This document shows, piece by piece, positions 52,134 through 60,625 of a stretch of DNA of 64,000 nt. The notes below the pieces were generated by a model. The model saw only the letters and a program-made list of their open reading frames with translations. It ran no database searches and was not told the origin of the DNA. Source of the DNA: a virus (lineage: Duplodnaviria > Caudoviricetes). Both the position numbers and the translations under genes were made by a program. The stretch spans positions 1-64,000 of the IMG/VR virus record IMGVR_UViG_3300034171_000062; one strand, written 5' to 3'. Within the stretch, counting starts at the first letter, position 1. The number at the start of each line of letters is the position of its first letter.

Positions 52134-52304
52134 ATGTTTGACTTTATCAGCAACGCTGGCGTATCCAACAGTTTTTACATGGCATCGGTGTTCGTTCTTT
52201 GGGCAGGCGTAGACTACGTCATCGTCAAAGCAATTGACGCCCGCAAAGCCAAGAAAGAAGAAGCTGCTCGCTTTGTAAACCGTAAACCTTCCATCATCTA
52301 TTAA
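52134..52304 (+). CDS. small single-TM protein
   Basis: AAGGA RBS; hydrophobic segment followed by a basic tail. Confidence 0.6.
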   Translation: MFDFISNAGVSNSFYMASVFVLWAGVDYVIVKAIDARKAKKEEAARFVNRKPSIIY

Positions 52305-52314
52305 GGAAACCTTT

Positions 52315-52734
52315 ATGCATCAAGTTCAGTTATTCGCTTACGCCATCTCCGCCTACATCGATCGCAACGGATTACCACACACCCCTCGCATCGTTGTGTC
52401 TCATGACTTGCATACCCTGATTACACAAGCCACGTCTTTACTGACCGACTTGATGGACGACATCACTGGGGACGAACACGACGAGATCAACGTCGCTGGA
52501 ATGTTGATGACGCACTACCACGACATGGAACCGATGGTCACCAAGGACGTCTTCCAGGACCTCGATGAAGACGAGACCTACGAGAATGCTCCCAAGTTCT
52601 ACGTCGCGATCGGAGTGGACGAAGACGAATTGGAAGACTTGTTGATTGCCGAAGTTGGAGCTGTCGACGACGAAGATGAAGACGAGTACCTCGAAGAAGA
52701 CGGGGAACTCGAAGAAGACAACGAAGAACTGTAA
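52315..52734 (+). CDS. highly acidic protein
   Basis: D/E-rich C-terminal half. Confidence 0.7.
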   Translation: MHQVQLFAYAISAYIDRNGLPHTPRIVVSHDLHTLITQATSLLTDLMDDITGDEHDEINVAGMLMTHYHDMEPMVTKDVFQDLDEDETYENAPKFYVAIGVDEDELEDLLIAEVGAVDDEDEDEYLEEDGELEEDNEEL

Positions 52735-52810
52735 GTGCAATAATCGGTGAGGCACTGCCTCACCTTTTTTCCCCCACTTAAACGTAACCTTTAACGATGG
52801 GACATCAATC

Positions 52811-53968
52811 ATGACACCCACTAAACCTAGCAATTCCTTTTGGATCGCCCAGGTGGCGTTGGATTCAGCGTTCGGCGCGGTATCGATCTCGCCAGAAGAC
52901 CGACAAAACTTCATCGATGAGTATGGCCGTACCCCAGAAGAGTTTCAAATTCGGTACATTCATCCTGACATCGACAACCCCCGGATGGATCGGGGACAGT
53001 ATTTCGTTCAGTTTCAACCGGGGGCGACACATTTCTCGGGCGGTAAACATTTCTCCCAACAGTTAGATCTTCTGTCGATGACATTAATCGACGTCGTTAT
53101 GATTACGGCGGGCGGTAAGCGCACGGAAGCCTTAACGGTGAGTTATGAAGATACCGATCGCCCCCGCACCCACCGCGTTAAGTTACTCGACCAAAGTGGG
53201 TCCTTAGTGGCTTACGTTTCATACGCCAATGTCGCGATCAAACTCACTGAGTCCGATCTACCCAACGATGACTGGACCATCTCAATGACGGTTCAAACCG
53301 TCGACGTAGCCTACACTGACGCTGCCCATCGTGATAACCCAACCAACCAACCCAAGGAACATCGCCTCATGAAACCCGACTCTATGAAGAAATCGTCGAT
53401 CGCCAAACACCCTGAAGTCACCGCCACTACAACCGCCCCTGGCAGCTGGCACCATTTGTTACCGGTGTTGATCTTGGGCAAAACCGCCCTTGAGGTGGAC
53501 CTGATGGATTGTTCGGAAGAAGAGATCAGCAAGTTGCGTAACGAATGGTTCTGGCTGGATGCGCGTAACACGAAGCTTCCCCGGACGCCGATCAGTCTGA
53601 CCATGGCTCTGGATAGTCAGGACCGACTGATCGACATGGCCAAGAGTTTTATCGGCGTTTACGTGTACCATTCGAAAGGACGTCCCATTACCTCCCACCT
53701 ACCTATCCGAGATACCGACGATCTCGCCATGACGTTGCTGTTAGACGGCAGTTTCTGGGAAGAGGTGAGTGTGGAGTACCCCTCAGTCATTGAGGAATGG
53801 TTGTATGGCCCAGACAAAGACGACCATCGGGTGGTAAAAGACGTCCACACCGCGTTACTGATGCAGAAGCACTTTAGCATGATCGATGGCGTGGAACCTG
53901 CTGTCGAACCGATCCCTGCGCCGCGTAAGTCGCGTGGTAAAGGAAAGGTACCTAAGCCCACTAAGTAA
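52811..53968 (+). CDS. hypothetical protein
   Basis: 385-aa ORF. Confidence 0.7.
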   Translation: MTPTKPSNSFWIAQVALDSAFGAVSISPEDRQNFIDEYGRTPEEFQIRYIHPDIDNPRMDRGQYFVQFQPGATHFSGGKHFSQQLDLLSMTLIDVVMITAGGKRTEALTVSYEDTDRPRTHRVKLLDQSGSLVAYVSYANVAIKLTESDLPNDDWTISMTVQTVDVAYTDAAHRDNPTNQPKEHRLMKPDSMKKSSIAKHPEVTATTTAPGSWHHLLPVLILGKTALEVDLMDCSEEEISKLRNEWFWLDARNTKLPRTPISLTMALDSQDRLIDMAKSFIGVYVYHSKGRPITSHLPIRDTDDLAMTLLLDGSFWEEVSVEYPSVIEEWLYGPDKDDHRVVKDVHTALLMQKHFSMIDGVEPAVEPIPAPRKSRGKGKVPKPTK

Positions 53969-54127
53969 CACCCCACCGCATACGGATCTGTTATTTTGTA
54001 CAGGCTCGTATGTATCTATTGACCTAATCGGCGGCTCGGGAGTGATCCCGCAGTGGGACTTCAGTGCCCACTGAATGCTCTGCCCTTATGCCGCTTCTAT
54101 TCCATAACCTATATTCAAGAGACTACC

Positions 54128-54661
54128 ATGATCAACACCCCATCCACGTCTGCTGACCTTGTTGCCCAACAGTTAGTCGACACCGACTTGACTATAACAG
54201 AGATCTGTTCGACGTTGTCAATCGACGATACCCCACTTCTCAAACAAGAATTTAAAACCAAATACGGCACCACCTATGAGGCATATCGGAACCATCTTAG
54301 ACTTTGGTTTAAGCCTCGTACGGCGGAGAACCTAGCCAAGCCAAAGGAGAAATTTCCCTGGCGTGGGACCGACACGTCGGACGATGACCTCGCTCGTCAC
54401 CTCTCCACTGTGGTCTCACATCTCGAAACGAGCGATATCTCGGTTCAGGCGATGTTTAAGCAATTTCCGTTTTCCAATAGTCTTAGGTTACGGATGGCCT
54501 TTAAAACCAAATACGGCACCACCTATGCCGCCTACCGGAAGCAGCGTCGTCCGGAGTTTAACCTAACGAAGACCACTGTTTCCGATGGTCTTGCCGAAAC
54601 GAATCGACTTCTAAAACAGATTCTAGAACAACTAAAAGCAAACTCACCCCATAGTCTTTAA
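54128..54661 (+). CDS. protein with two AraC-type HTH repeats
   Basis: TDLTITEI...FKTKYGTTYEAYR and SDISVQAM...FKTKYGTTYAAYR. Confidence 0.7.
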   Translation: MINTPSTSADLVAQQLVDTDLTITEICSTLSIDDTPLLKQEFKTKYGTTYEAYRNHLRLWFKPRTAENLAKPKEKFPWRGTDTSDDDLARHLSTVVSHLETSDISVQAMFKQFPFSNSLRLRMAFKTKYGTTYAAYRKQRRPEFNLTKTTVSDGLAETNRLLKQILEQLKANSPHSL

Positions 54662-54671
54662 AGGTTGCCCT

Positions 54672-55124
54672 ATGTTGAATCCGGTGTATGCAGACGCTAT
54701 CGTTGAAAACATGTCATGTACCATGCTACACCTGTATGGTAGCACCTTGTCCGAATACCCGAACGTTTTAAAGCAAGCGGTGGAAACTCTGGCACGTCAG
54801 GACATGCGTTACGTTTACAAGAAAGGAGAAAAGGTTTGGGTTGGCGATGCGGCCATTGCGACCGACTTCCAGATTGACGTTATGGAATCCGACATTGCAG
54901 AGGTGGTGGACCCGTCTCTGCCGCCAACGCCTCCTGGAGTGGAGTTGGATACTCACACATACACCATCGAGGACGTGGTTCTCAATGTCTCGGACGAACG
55001 CAGCACGGTCCCCTGTCGCGTGGAGATCGTGGTGGTAGACTACGAAGCCGACGACGCTAAGAAAGATACCGAGGACTTGAAGTATGAACGGACCATTCAA
55101 TTGGTGTTCTACGTGTTAAAATGA
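54672..55124 (+). CDS. hypothetical protein
   Basis: AAGG RBS. Confidence 0.65.
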   Translation: MLNPVYADAIVENMSCTMLHLYGSTLSEYPNVLKQAVETLARQDMRYVYKKGEKVWVGDAAIATDFQIDVMESDIAEVVDPSLPPTPPGVELDTHTYTIEDVVLNVSDERSTVPCRVEIVVVDYEADDAKKDTEDLKYERTIQLVFYVLK

Positions 55125-55134
55125 GGAGAGCTGG

Positions 55135-55542
55135 ATGAACAATCAAAAGGACGGTTGGAGCAACGTGATAACCCGGGTAGAAAAACAGAAGAGTAATGAA
55201 GCGTTTCTTAGAGAATTGGCTAAGCGTGTCAATTACCCTATCGCCACGAGGTCTGTCAACGCCTTAGCTGCTGGAGGCGTTGACACCGAAGAGAAATTAC
55301 TTAAGCTTACTGAGTACGACTTACGTAGAGCTCCCAATGTGGGCGACCTAACGGTACAGGACATTACGGAACTTCAACGATTACTGACCGGCGAGATTGA
55401 TTTGAGAAACTGCCTCCTTCGTGGATTAAGTGACATTTCTACTATGGTAAAAGATGCCCCTGCCGATAATGTTCTCGCCCTGGAGGTCAAAGCCAAAGTC
55501 AATAAAGTCCTCAGGGACTATACGAAGCACAATAACTTGTAA
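55135..55542 (+). CDS. RNA polymerase alpha-subunit C-terminal-domain-like protein
   Basis: TRSVNALAAGGVDTEEKLLKLTEYDLRRAPNVGDLTVQDI aligns with alpha-CTD [40 protein letters not shown]. Confidence 0.8.
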   Translation: MNNQKDGWSNVITRVEKQKSNEAFLRELAKRVNYPIATRSVNALAAGGVDTEEKLLKLTEYDLRRAPNVGDLTVQDITELQRLLTGEIDLRNCLLRGLSDISTMVKDAPADNVLALEVKAKVNKVLRDYTKHNNL

Positions 55543-55552
55543 GGAGTCGATC

Positions 55553-56662
55553 ATGTCCAAGATCTGGCGTCTTCAACGCATCCGAGACGAATTGCTCTTG
55601 GATTTGATCAACCATCCAAACATCACCATCGATGAATTGGTCAACCGATACAACACGTCTAAGACTAAGTTGTACGAATACTTCAGAGAGGAGTATGACA
55701 CCACCCCTGGGCGGTGGCGTAAGACGTATTGGCGGGGTGTACATTGGGCGGCTCGGTTCTATCGCAGTGCGTTTGTGGTGTCAGTGTGCAGTGACTTCCA
55801 AGACCAGCGGGTCACCGACGAGTGCTACATCGACCGTCTGTTTCACGTCGAAGACACACCCATGACCTACTCGGTGGTGCAGGTGGAAGCGCGTATTGGG
55901 GATCGGTCCTACGCGTTTTCAACCAACCAACGCATCCAAGTCGACGAGTGGAGCAACATCCACTCCACCCAAGGCAATTACACTTTGTCAATCCGTCTCA
56001 AGCGGGGCGGGCAGCGACCTATGGTCACGGCGTTCCTTAGTCTGGGGAGTCACCACGGTGGGCAGATATCGATGCCGTACGAGTTGACGGTGACGGTGTT
56101 AACACGGTTGGTGGGGTACGACAACAGCGTACTGTCTTCGCCTCCGGAGACGCTACCCGTCCCAGAACCCTTAACCATGGTCCCAATGACCTCAGGTGCC
56201 GACTTCGACCTGGCCACTCGATCGGTGTACCTCTTACATCTGGGTCGACAGATTCTGTTACTAGGGATGTACGAGGCGGTGAGTCTGGCGGCGGTCAAAC
56301 GACTCAACTCTCGATGGCAAGGTGTGCCTCTGAACAACGCCCTACGTCGAAAGTTGAGGACGGCGTTTCATACGGGAGAGTACATAGAGATATCCCTTAG
56401 AGAAGCCTTAGAGATGCAGGACCGGGTGGTGACCGTCATGAACCAATACGACGGCATACCTGTATGCTTGTTTGAGATTAACAATACTCGGTATCTGGTG
56501 TCCTTGGAAGAACAACCAGACTTAAGTGATTTGGCGGTGCTGTATCCGTATTTGGAATCCGCGCCCACCAGAGTAGCCAAAGAGACAGTCAGAGAAGTGG
56601 CTCGCTCGCACGGAGCGGTTTGTGCGTCATTACAAGACTTAACCAACGTCATGCGGACATAG
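55553..56662 (+). CDS. AraC-type HTH domain protein
   Basis: ITIDELVNRYNTSKTKLYEYFREEYDTTPGRWR; AAGGAG RBS before ATG 55553. Confidence 0.7.
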   Translation: MSKIWRLQRIRDELLLDLINHPNITIDELVNRYNTSKTKLYEYFREEYDTTPGRWRKTYWRGVHWAARFYRSAFVVSVCSDFQDQRVTDECYIDRLFHVEDTPMTYSVVQVEARIGDRSYAFSTNQRIQVDEWSNIHSTQGNYTLSIRLKRGGQRPMVTAFLSLGSHHGGQISMPYELTVTVLTRLVGYDNSVLSSPPETLPVPEPLTMVPMTSGADFDLATRSVYLLHLGRQILLLGMYEAVSLAAVKRLNSRWQGVPLNNALRRKLRTAFHTGEYIEISLREALEMQDRVVTVMNQYDGIPVCLFEINNTRYLVSLEEQPDLSDLAVLYPYLESAPTRVAKETVREVARSHGAVCASLQDLTNVMRT

Positions 56663-56697
56663 AGGAGGGGCATCGGCCCCTCCTCTTATTTTTTGTC
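56655..56697. terminator. bidirectional terminator between the early block and the tail/lysis operon
   Basis: agaggagggg-catcgg-cccctcctct-tattttttgtc. Confidence 0.8.
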
Positions 56698-56927
56698 TAA
56701 GCCGTCGGATCAACGCGCACGTCGTACGCTGCCCCACGTTTGATGGGCACCACCTCCCCTGGGTAAGCTGCGCCACACAATAGCGGTCCGGCCAAGTAGA
56801 TGATGCTGGGTACCAACTTGGGGTCTACGTTTGCTAATTTACACAACCCTTCGTACGTCAGGTCTTTGGAGCGGTCAACTAAGACCTCTTTATTGTTCAC
56901 GGTGATGGCTACGGTATTTTTTGTCAC
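56697..56927 (-). CDS. ubiquitin-like (multi-ubiquitin domain) protein
   Basis: AITVNNKEVLV...LTYEGLCKLA...IIY...G..YPGEVVPIKRGAAYDV fits the Multi_ubiq beta-grasp pattern. Confidence 0.6.
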   Translation of the reverse strand: MTKNTVAITVNNKEVLVDRSKDLTYEGLCKLANVDPKLVPSIIYLAGPLLCGAAYPGEVVPIKRGAAYDVRVDPTA

Positions 56928-56930
56928 GAT

Positions 56931-57731
56931 TTATACCGCCTTCTGTCGGGCGTAGGCTTCCGCCATTTTCCCATGGTAATTGTGCTTCTCGTAAGACGGA
57001 CCATTGTATCCCCGAGCAAACTTGGCCCAGTCCTTTTCAACCAACGCAGCCAGTAGGGAACTGTCGGCAAGAATGAACCGTACAAAAGCGTCTAGATGCT
57101 GTCCTTCGTCGATGGACATCTTCTCCACGTAGTCCTGCACCGACGGATACCCCAACCGCTTCCAATGGAATCCCATGATTTGGTATCGCCCGTAAGACGC
57201 CGATTCCAACGCCGCCTCTATGTTCAACTCCATGGCTTTATTCAGACGGGTCCACTCGTGTTTGCCCCCACGGTAACCGCCCCAGGAACTGTTCACCAAG
57301 TCCGGCCGACCCTTACGCCCCAACTCGGCGGCCAAGGGCAGATCGGCGGCCAGTAACCGACGGTTCATGATGTGGCGTTCGTACAAGATCTTTGGCATGC
57401 CTTCTTCAAAGAACCCCCCGCCTTGGCTTTCCACCTCCGATACGGCTTTGATGGCAGCGACTTCCACCCCCAACTTGCCGGCGGCTTGCACGATGTGTTG
57501 TTCCGTCAGCTGCCACGTGTCGACGCGATTGCCTTCCAATTCTTCCCAGGTCCGTTTCCCAGCGACCCCGTCGGCCAATAGCCCATTGGTCTTCTGAAAC
57601 TTGGCCAGTGCTTTGTGGGTACCTGTCCCGAAGATGCCGTCGGCCTCCCCTCGAAGATACCCCTTTTCTTTCAGTAATCGTTGGAGCGATTTGACGGTCT
57701 CGCCACGGCTCCCCAATCTGATCATTCGCAT
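56931..57731 (-). CDS. modular endolysin: PG-binding domain + N-acetylmuramidase (DUF3380)
   Basis: GSRGETVKSLQ...DGIFG...DGVAG; AIKAVSEVES, ILYERH, SASYGRYQIMGFHW, FARGYNGP. Confidence 0.95.
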   Translation of the reverse strand: MRMIRLGSRGETVKSLQRLLKEKGYLRGEADGIFGTGTHKALAKFQKTNGLLADGVAGKRTWEELEGNRVDTWQLTEQHIVQAAGKLGVEVAAIKAVSEVESQGGGFFEEGMPKILYERHIMNRRLLAADLPLAAELGRKGRPDLVNSSWGGYRGGKHEWTRLNKAMELNIEAALESASYGRYQIMGFHWKRLGYPSVQDYVEKMSIDEGQHLDAFVRFILADSSLLAALVEKDWAKFARGYNGPSYEKHNYHGKMAEAYARQKAV

Positions 57732-57752
57732 AAAAACTTCCTGTATTCAGAG

Positions 57753-58361
57753 TTACCAAGAAAATGTGAGTTCGGCGCAGTTACTGACGCCGTTCAACGT
57801 GACGTTATCTAGTACTTCGTGATATCCGTTACCTTCCCCAAGACCAACGCGACCCACTAAGATGTAGCTGCTTCGAGTGGTCCAATTTAACTTAGCCGTC
57901 GAGCCCCCACAGTACTTTATCCGAGCGACCATATCTGCTGTGTAATTTTCGGCGGCGTGACTGGCCACGATGACGATCACCGCGCCGTCGGCCAACCGAT
58001 CGATGCCGTCGACGAACGCCTGCTGCTGTTGGTCGGCCACATTGACGTCCCAGGTGTCGTATTGTGGGAGGTGAATCGACTTACTCCGGTCGACGTTCAG
58101 TGACCCCGCAAAATTAACTGAATTGTCCCAATCTCCAGCAGATTCGTCCCAAATAAAGAATGTCCACGCCCGCGGCATATTCGGTGAGATGCCCATTCCA
58201 TACTCTTCAACTCGGGCTGGCGGTACATAACTATCTTGGGGATAGGGTTTGGCTCTCACGGTAAATTGACGCGGTCGTCTATAAATAACCTGATTATTTA
58301 GAACCATACGAAGAACATCATCTCCTCCGGCGGTTATTCGTTTAGCTGCCGTTAGTTTCAT
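57753..58361 (-). CDS. GG/ILEI-PANDER lectin-domain protein (tail-fibre associated)
   Basis: FVDGIDRLADGAVIVIVASH...IKYCGGS...RSSYILVGRVG matches the GG domain (T4 gp35, POMGnT1 stem). Confidence 0.7.
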   Translation of the reverse strand: MKLTAAKRITAGGDDVLRMVLNNQVIYRRPRQFTVRAKPYPQDSYVPPARVEEYGMGISPNMPRAWTFFIWDESAGDWDNSVNFAGSLNVDRSKSIHLPQYDTWDVNVADQQQQAFVDGIDRLADGAVIVIVASHAAENYTADMVARIKYCGGSTAKLNWTTRSSYILVGRVGLGEGNGYHEVLDNVTLNGVSNCAELTFSW

Positions 58362-58372
58362 GAGAGAGGTCC

Positions 58373-58630
58373 TTAGTCGGCCACGACGATGTACAATACG
58401 CCAGGTAGAGGACTGGCCGGGTAGTTAGACTCGGTTACTTTAACGATTGACGTGAAGTCGGTCGACTGCACACTACCGTCTACTTTGGCTTTTAGTGGTG
58501 ATGTGAAGTCGTTTTCACTCAAGCCTTTTCCGGTGACCTTATCGACTTTTGCCGAGAGCATTGATTTTATTTCTGTAAACACCGCATCCACTGCGTTCTT
58601 TGCTGCAAGACTCGCCTCTGATATGCCCAT
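58373..58630 (-). CDS. short fibre-like protein
   Basis: KVDKVTGKGLSENDFT motif shared with the long fibre; ends GVLYIV. Confidence 0.7.
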   Translation of the reverse strand: MGISEASLAAKNAVDAVFTEIKSMLSAKVDKVTGKGLSENDFTSPLKAKVDGSVQSTDFTSIVKVTESNYPASPLPGVLYIVVAD

Positions 58631-58638
58631 ATCCTCAC

Positions 58639-59394
58639 CTATCGTTTAAAGAGTTTTTCGCCCATCCAGCCGACGGGGTCCCACCGGTGAAACCGAACCG
58701 CGCCGGGTTTGGCATGGTGACTGCCGTGCCAGCAATCGCCTAGAATGAAGGGAAACATAAAGACGCTGTCGTGGGGGGAGTCTGTCTCGACCTTACCCCA
58801 ATTATGGCCCCAAGTGTTGGCTAAGGACTGAAGTTGCCACGTCAGCGCCACCGGCGCCCACACTAAAGCCAAGGCCCATTCGAGAGGGAAGAGTAGGATG
58901 GACCCAAAGAACACAGGGGCATAGATGTGCCAGTAATGAGTGTGGAACCAAACGTGCCACTTTGACCGCAGTAAGCGCCCTGCGTGACGCCCACTGACGG
59001 TGCGAAACGTGTACCCGAGCAGTTGAACCGACAGCCAATGACTGCGCGCTGGGCTGTGTGGGTCCTTAGCCTCTCCCTGATGCTTGTGGTGGGCGTTGTG
59101 TGTCGCCACCCATCCGAGACTACTGCCCTGAAGCGACAGTCCACCTACGAGGGTTAAGGCGACTTCTACGGCCTTTGGTACCGTCACTGCGTTGTGGGTC
59201 AGAACCCGGTGGTACATAAAACTGATGCCCAGTTGACTGATGCCATACCCCAACAATAACGATATTCCTAACAACCCCCACTCGCCCCGCACTATCAAGA
59301 CCACCACCGCTGCGTGACACAATAGAACCATGCCATAGTGACACAGTCGGTTTGCAGGTAGGACCTCTATATTCAACCGTTGTAAAGTACTCAT
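58639..59394 (-). CDS. membrane fatty-acid desaturase (delta-9/DesC-like)
   Basis: His boxes HRVLTH, HNAHHKH, HGSHH; DPHSP; NTWGH; TM segments. Confidence 0.92.
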   Translation of the reverse strand: MSTLQRLNIEVLPANRLCHYGMVLLCHAAVVVLIVRGEWGLLGISLLLGYGISQLGISFMYHRVLTHNAVTVPKAVEVALTLVGGLSLQGSSLGWVATHNAHHKHQGEAKDPHSPARSHWLSVQLLGYTFRTVSGRHAGRLLRSKWHVWFHTHYWHIYAPVFFGSILLFPLEWALALVWAPVALTWQLQSLANTWGHNWGKVETDSPHDSVFMFPFILGDCWHGSHHAKPGAVRFHRWDPVGWMGEKLFKR

Positions 59395-59423
59395 GTTCGT
59401 TACCTCCTTCGCCCTTTTTAACG

Positions 59424-60332
59424 TTACAACGAGGCAACATCGTACATTGTTTCAAAGGCTTTATCGAAATCGCCGAAACGATCGAGTTGGCGTTTAGCGT
59501 TGTGTTTGACTTGCGCGTAAAACTCAGGGTCCAAGTGGTCGGCCACTGGAGTGGCTACGTTGCAGTACAATCGATACGGCATCTGAATGAACAGTCGATC
59601 TATGCCCCCCACGTCTTCCCACGGTGGCTTCGGTGAGGAGAAGTTTACGATCCGTGCCTGACGCATCCGTACTTGATGTCGCATGCATTGAGTCGAACTG
59701 AACACCTTGTGGAGCGCACTTTCCACCTTGACGTTGATGTGGCCAGGCAATAAACCTTTCTTAACCCCAGACAAGACACGATTCAGGTAGTGTTTAGGCA
59801 TCCCCCGATCCAAACAATCGACCCGTAGGTAGTTCGAATAGAAGTCGGCGCAATCGACGCTGTCTCGTAAGACAGGCAAGTTAAAGACCACGACGCCTAA
59901 GGAGAAGTAGCTGCGCGAGCGCATGTACCGATCTAGATGGTCCGGGTCCAGCCGCGGATACCCGTCATTAAACCGAGACAGTTCAAACGGCCGGTCGGGA
60001 CGAATGACCAGGGCCTGGTCGCCTAATTTGGCTTGCGCTATGTCAACGATCGGCCCGTTACACACGGTACTCGGGTCCAACAACAACAGCGACTGAACTT
60101 CAGGGTCGTTCAAAGCGTAGTTTACAACCGCCACCGCATCGGCGTCGTCTACTTCGACGTATCGAAGTTTGTCGTACACGGACTCTAACTTCTTCCGCGT
60201 GAGGGCGTCGTCGTAAAACACCGTCAACACCCAAGTAGGATTTTCTTTGCGGTAGCTGTATAAGGAGACAATGGCTTGATTAAGTCTGTCCCAAGGTACG
60301 GCGAATCCAACGATGTCCATAGTACCTCCCAT
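59424..60332 (-). CDS. glycosyltransferase family 8-like protein (degenerate motifs)
   Basis: LLLLDPSTV, YFSLGVVVFN, YLNRVL, IVNFSSPKPPW correspond to the GT8 motifs YLDxD, YFNSGV, DQDxLN, HFxGxxKPW. Confidence 0.7.
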   Translation of the reverse strand: MGGTMDIVGFAVPWDRLNQAIVSLYSYRKENPTWVLTVFYDDALTRKKLESVYDKLRYVEVDDADAVAVVNYALNDPEVQSLLLLDPSTVCNGPIVDIAQAKLGDQALVIRPDRPFELSRFNDGYPRLDPDHLDRYMRSRSYFSLGVVVFNLPVLRDSVDCADFYSNYLRVDCLDRGMPKHYLNRVLSGVKKGLLPGHINVKVESALHKVFSSTQCMRHQVRMRQARIVNFSSPKPPWEDVGGIDRLFIQMPYRLYCNVATPVADHLDPEFYAQVKHNAKRQLDRFGDFDKAFETMYDVASL

Positions 60333-60625
60333 TAAAACGTGCGTTCTCGCAGTTGGTTGCTGACCGATTCTTCGTAGTTTGGGTAATGGTCCGCTGTGAC
60401 TACTGGATTGGGACCTTGTTCGATCAGTGCCCGCAACTGAGGCGTCATGTGTTCGTTCTCAGGGGGTACGGGTTGGAGTTTTAGGATTTCTTCCCGCATC
60501 AACGTAAGGTCCATCCGAGGGTTGTCTACAATGGCTTGTGGTAATGGGTGGCTGGTTTTAACCCAGCCCCAATCCACCAAAACCGTACGACTGGTCAAAT
60601 TCAGTTCTTTCACTTTGAAGTTCAT
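60332..60625 (-). CDS. hypothetical tail-operon protein
   Basis: GGAG RBS; coupled to the GT8 gene. Confidence 0.6.
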   Translation of the reverse strand: MNFKVKELNLTSRTVLVDWGWVKTSHPLPQAIVDNPRMDLTLMREEILKLQPVPPENEHMTPQLRALIEQGPNPVVTADHYPNYEESVSNQLRERTF

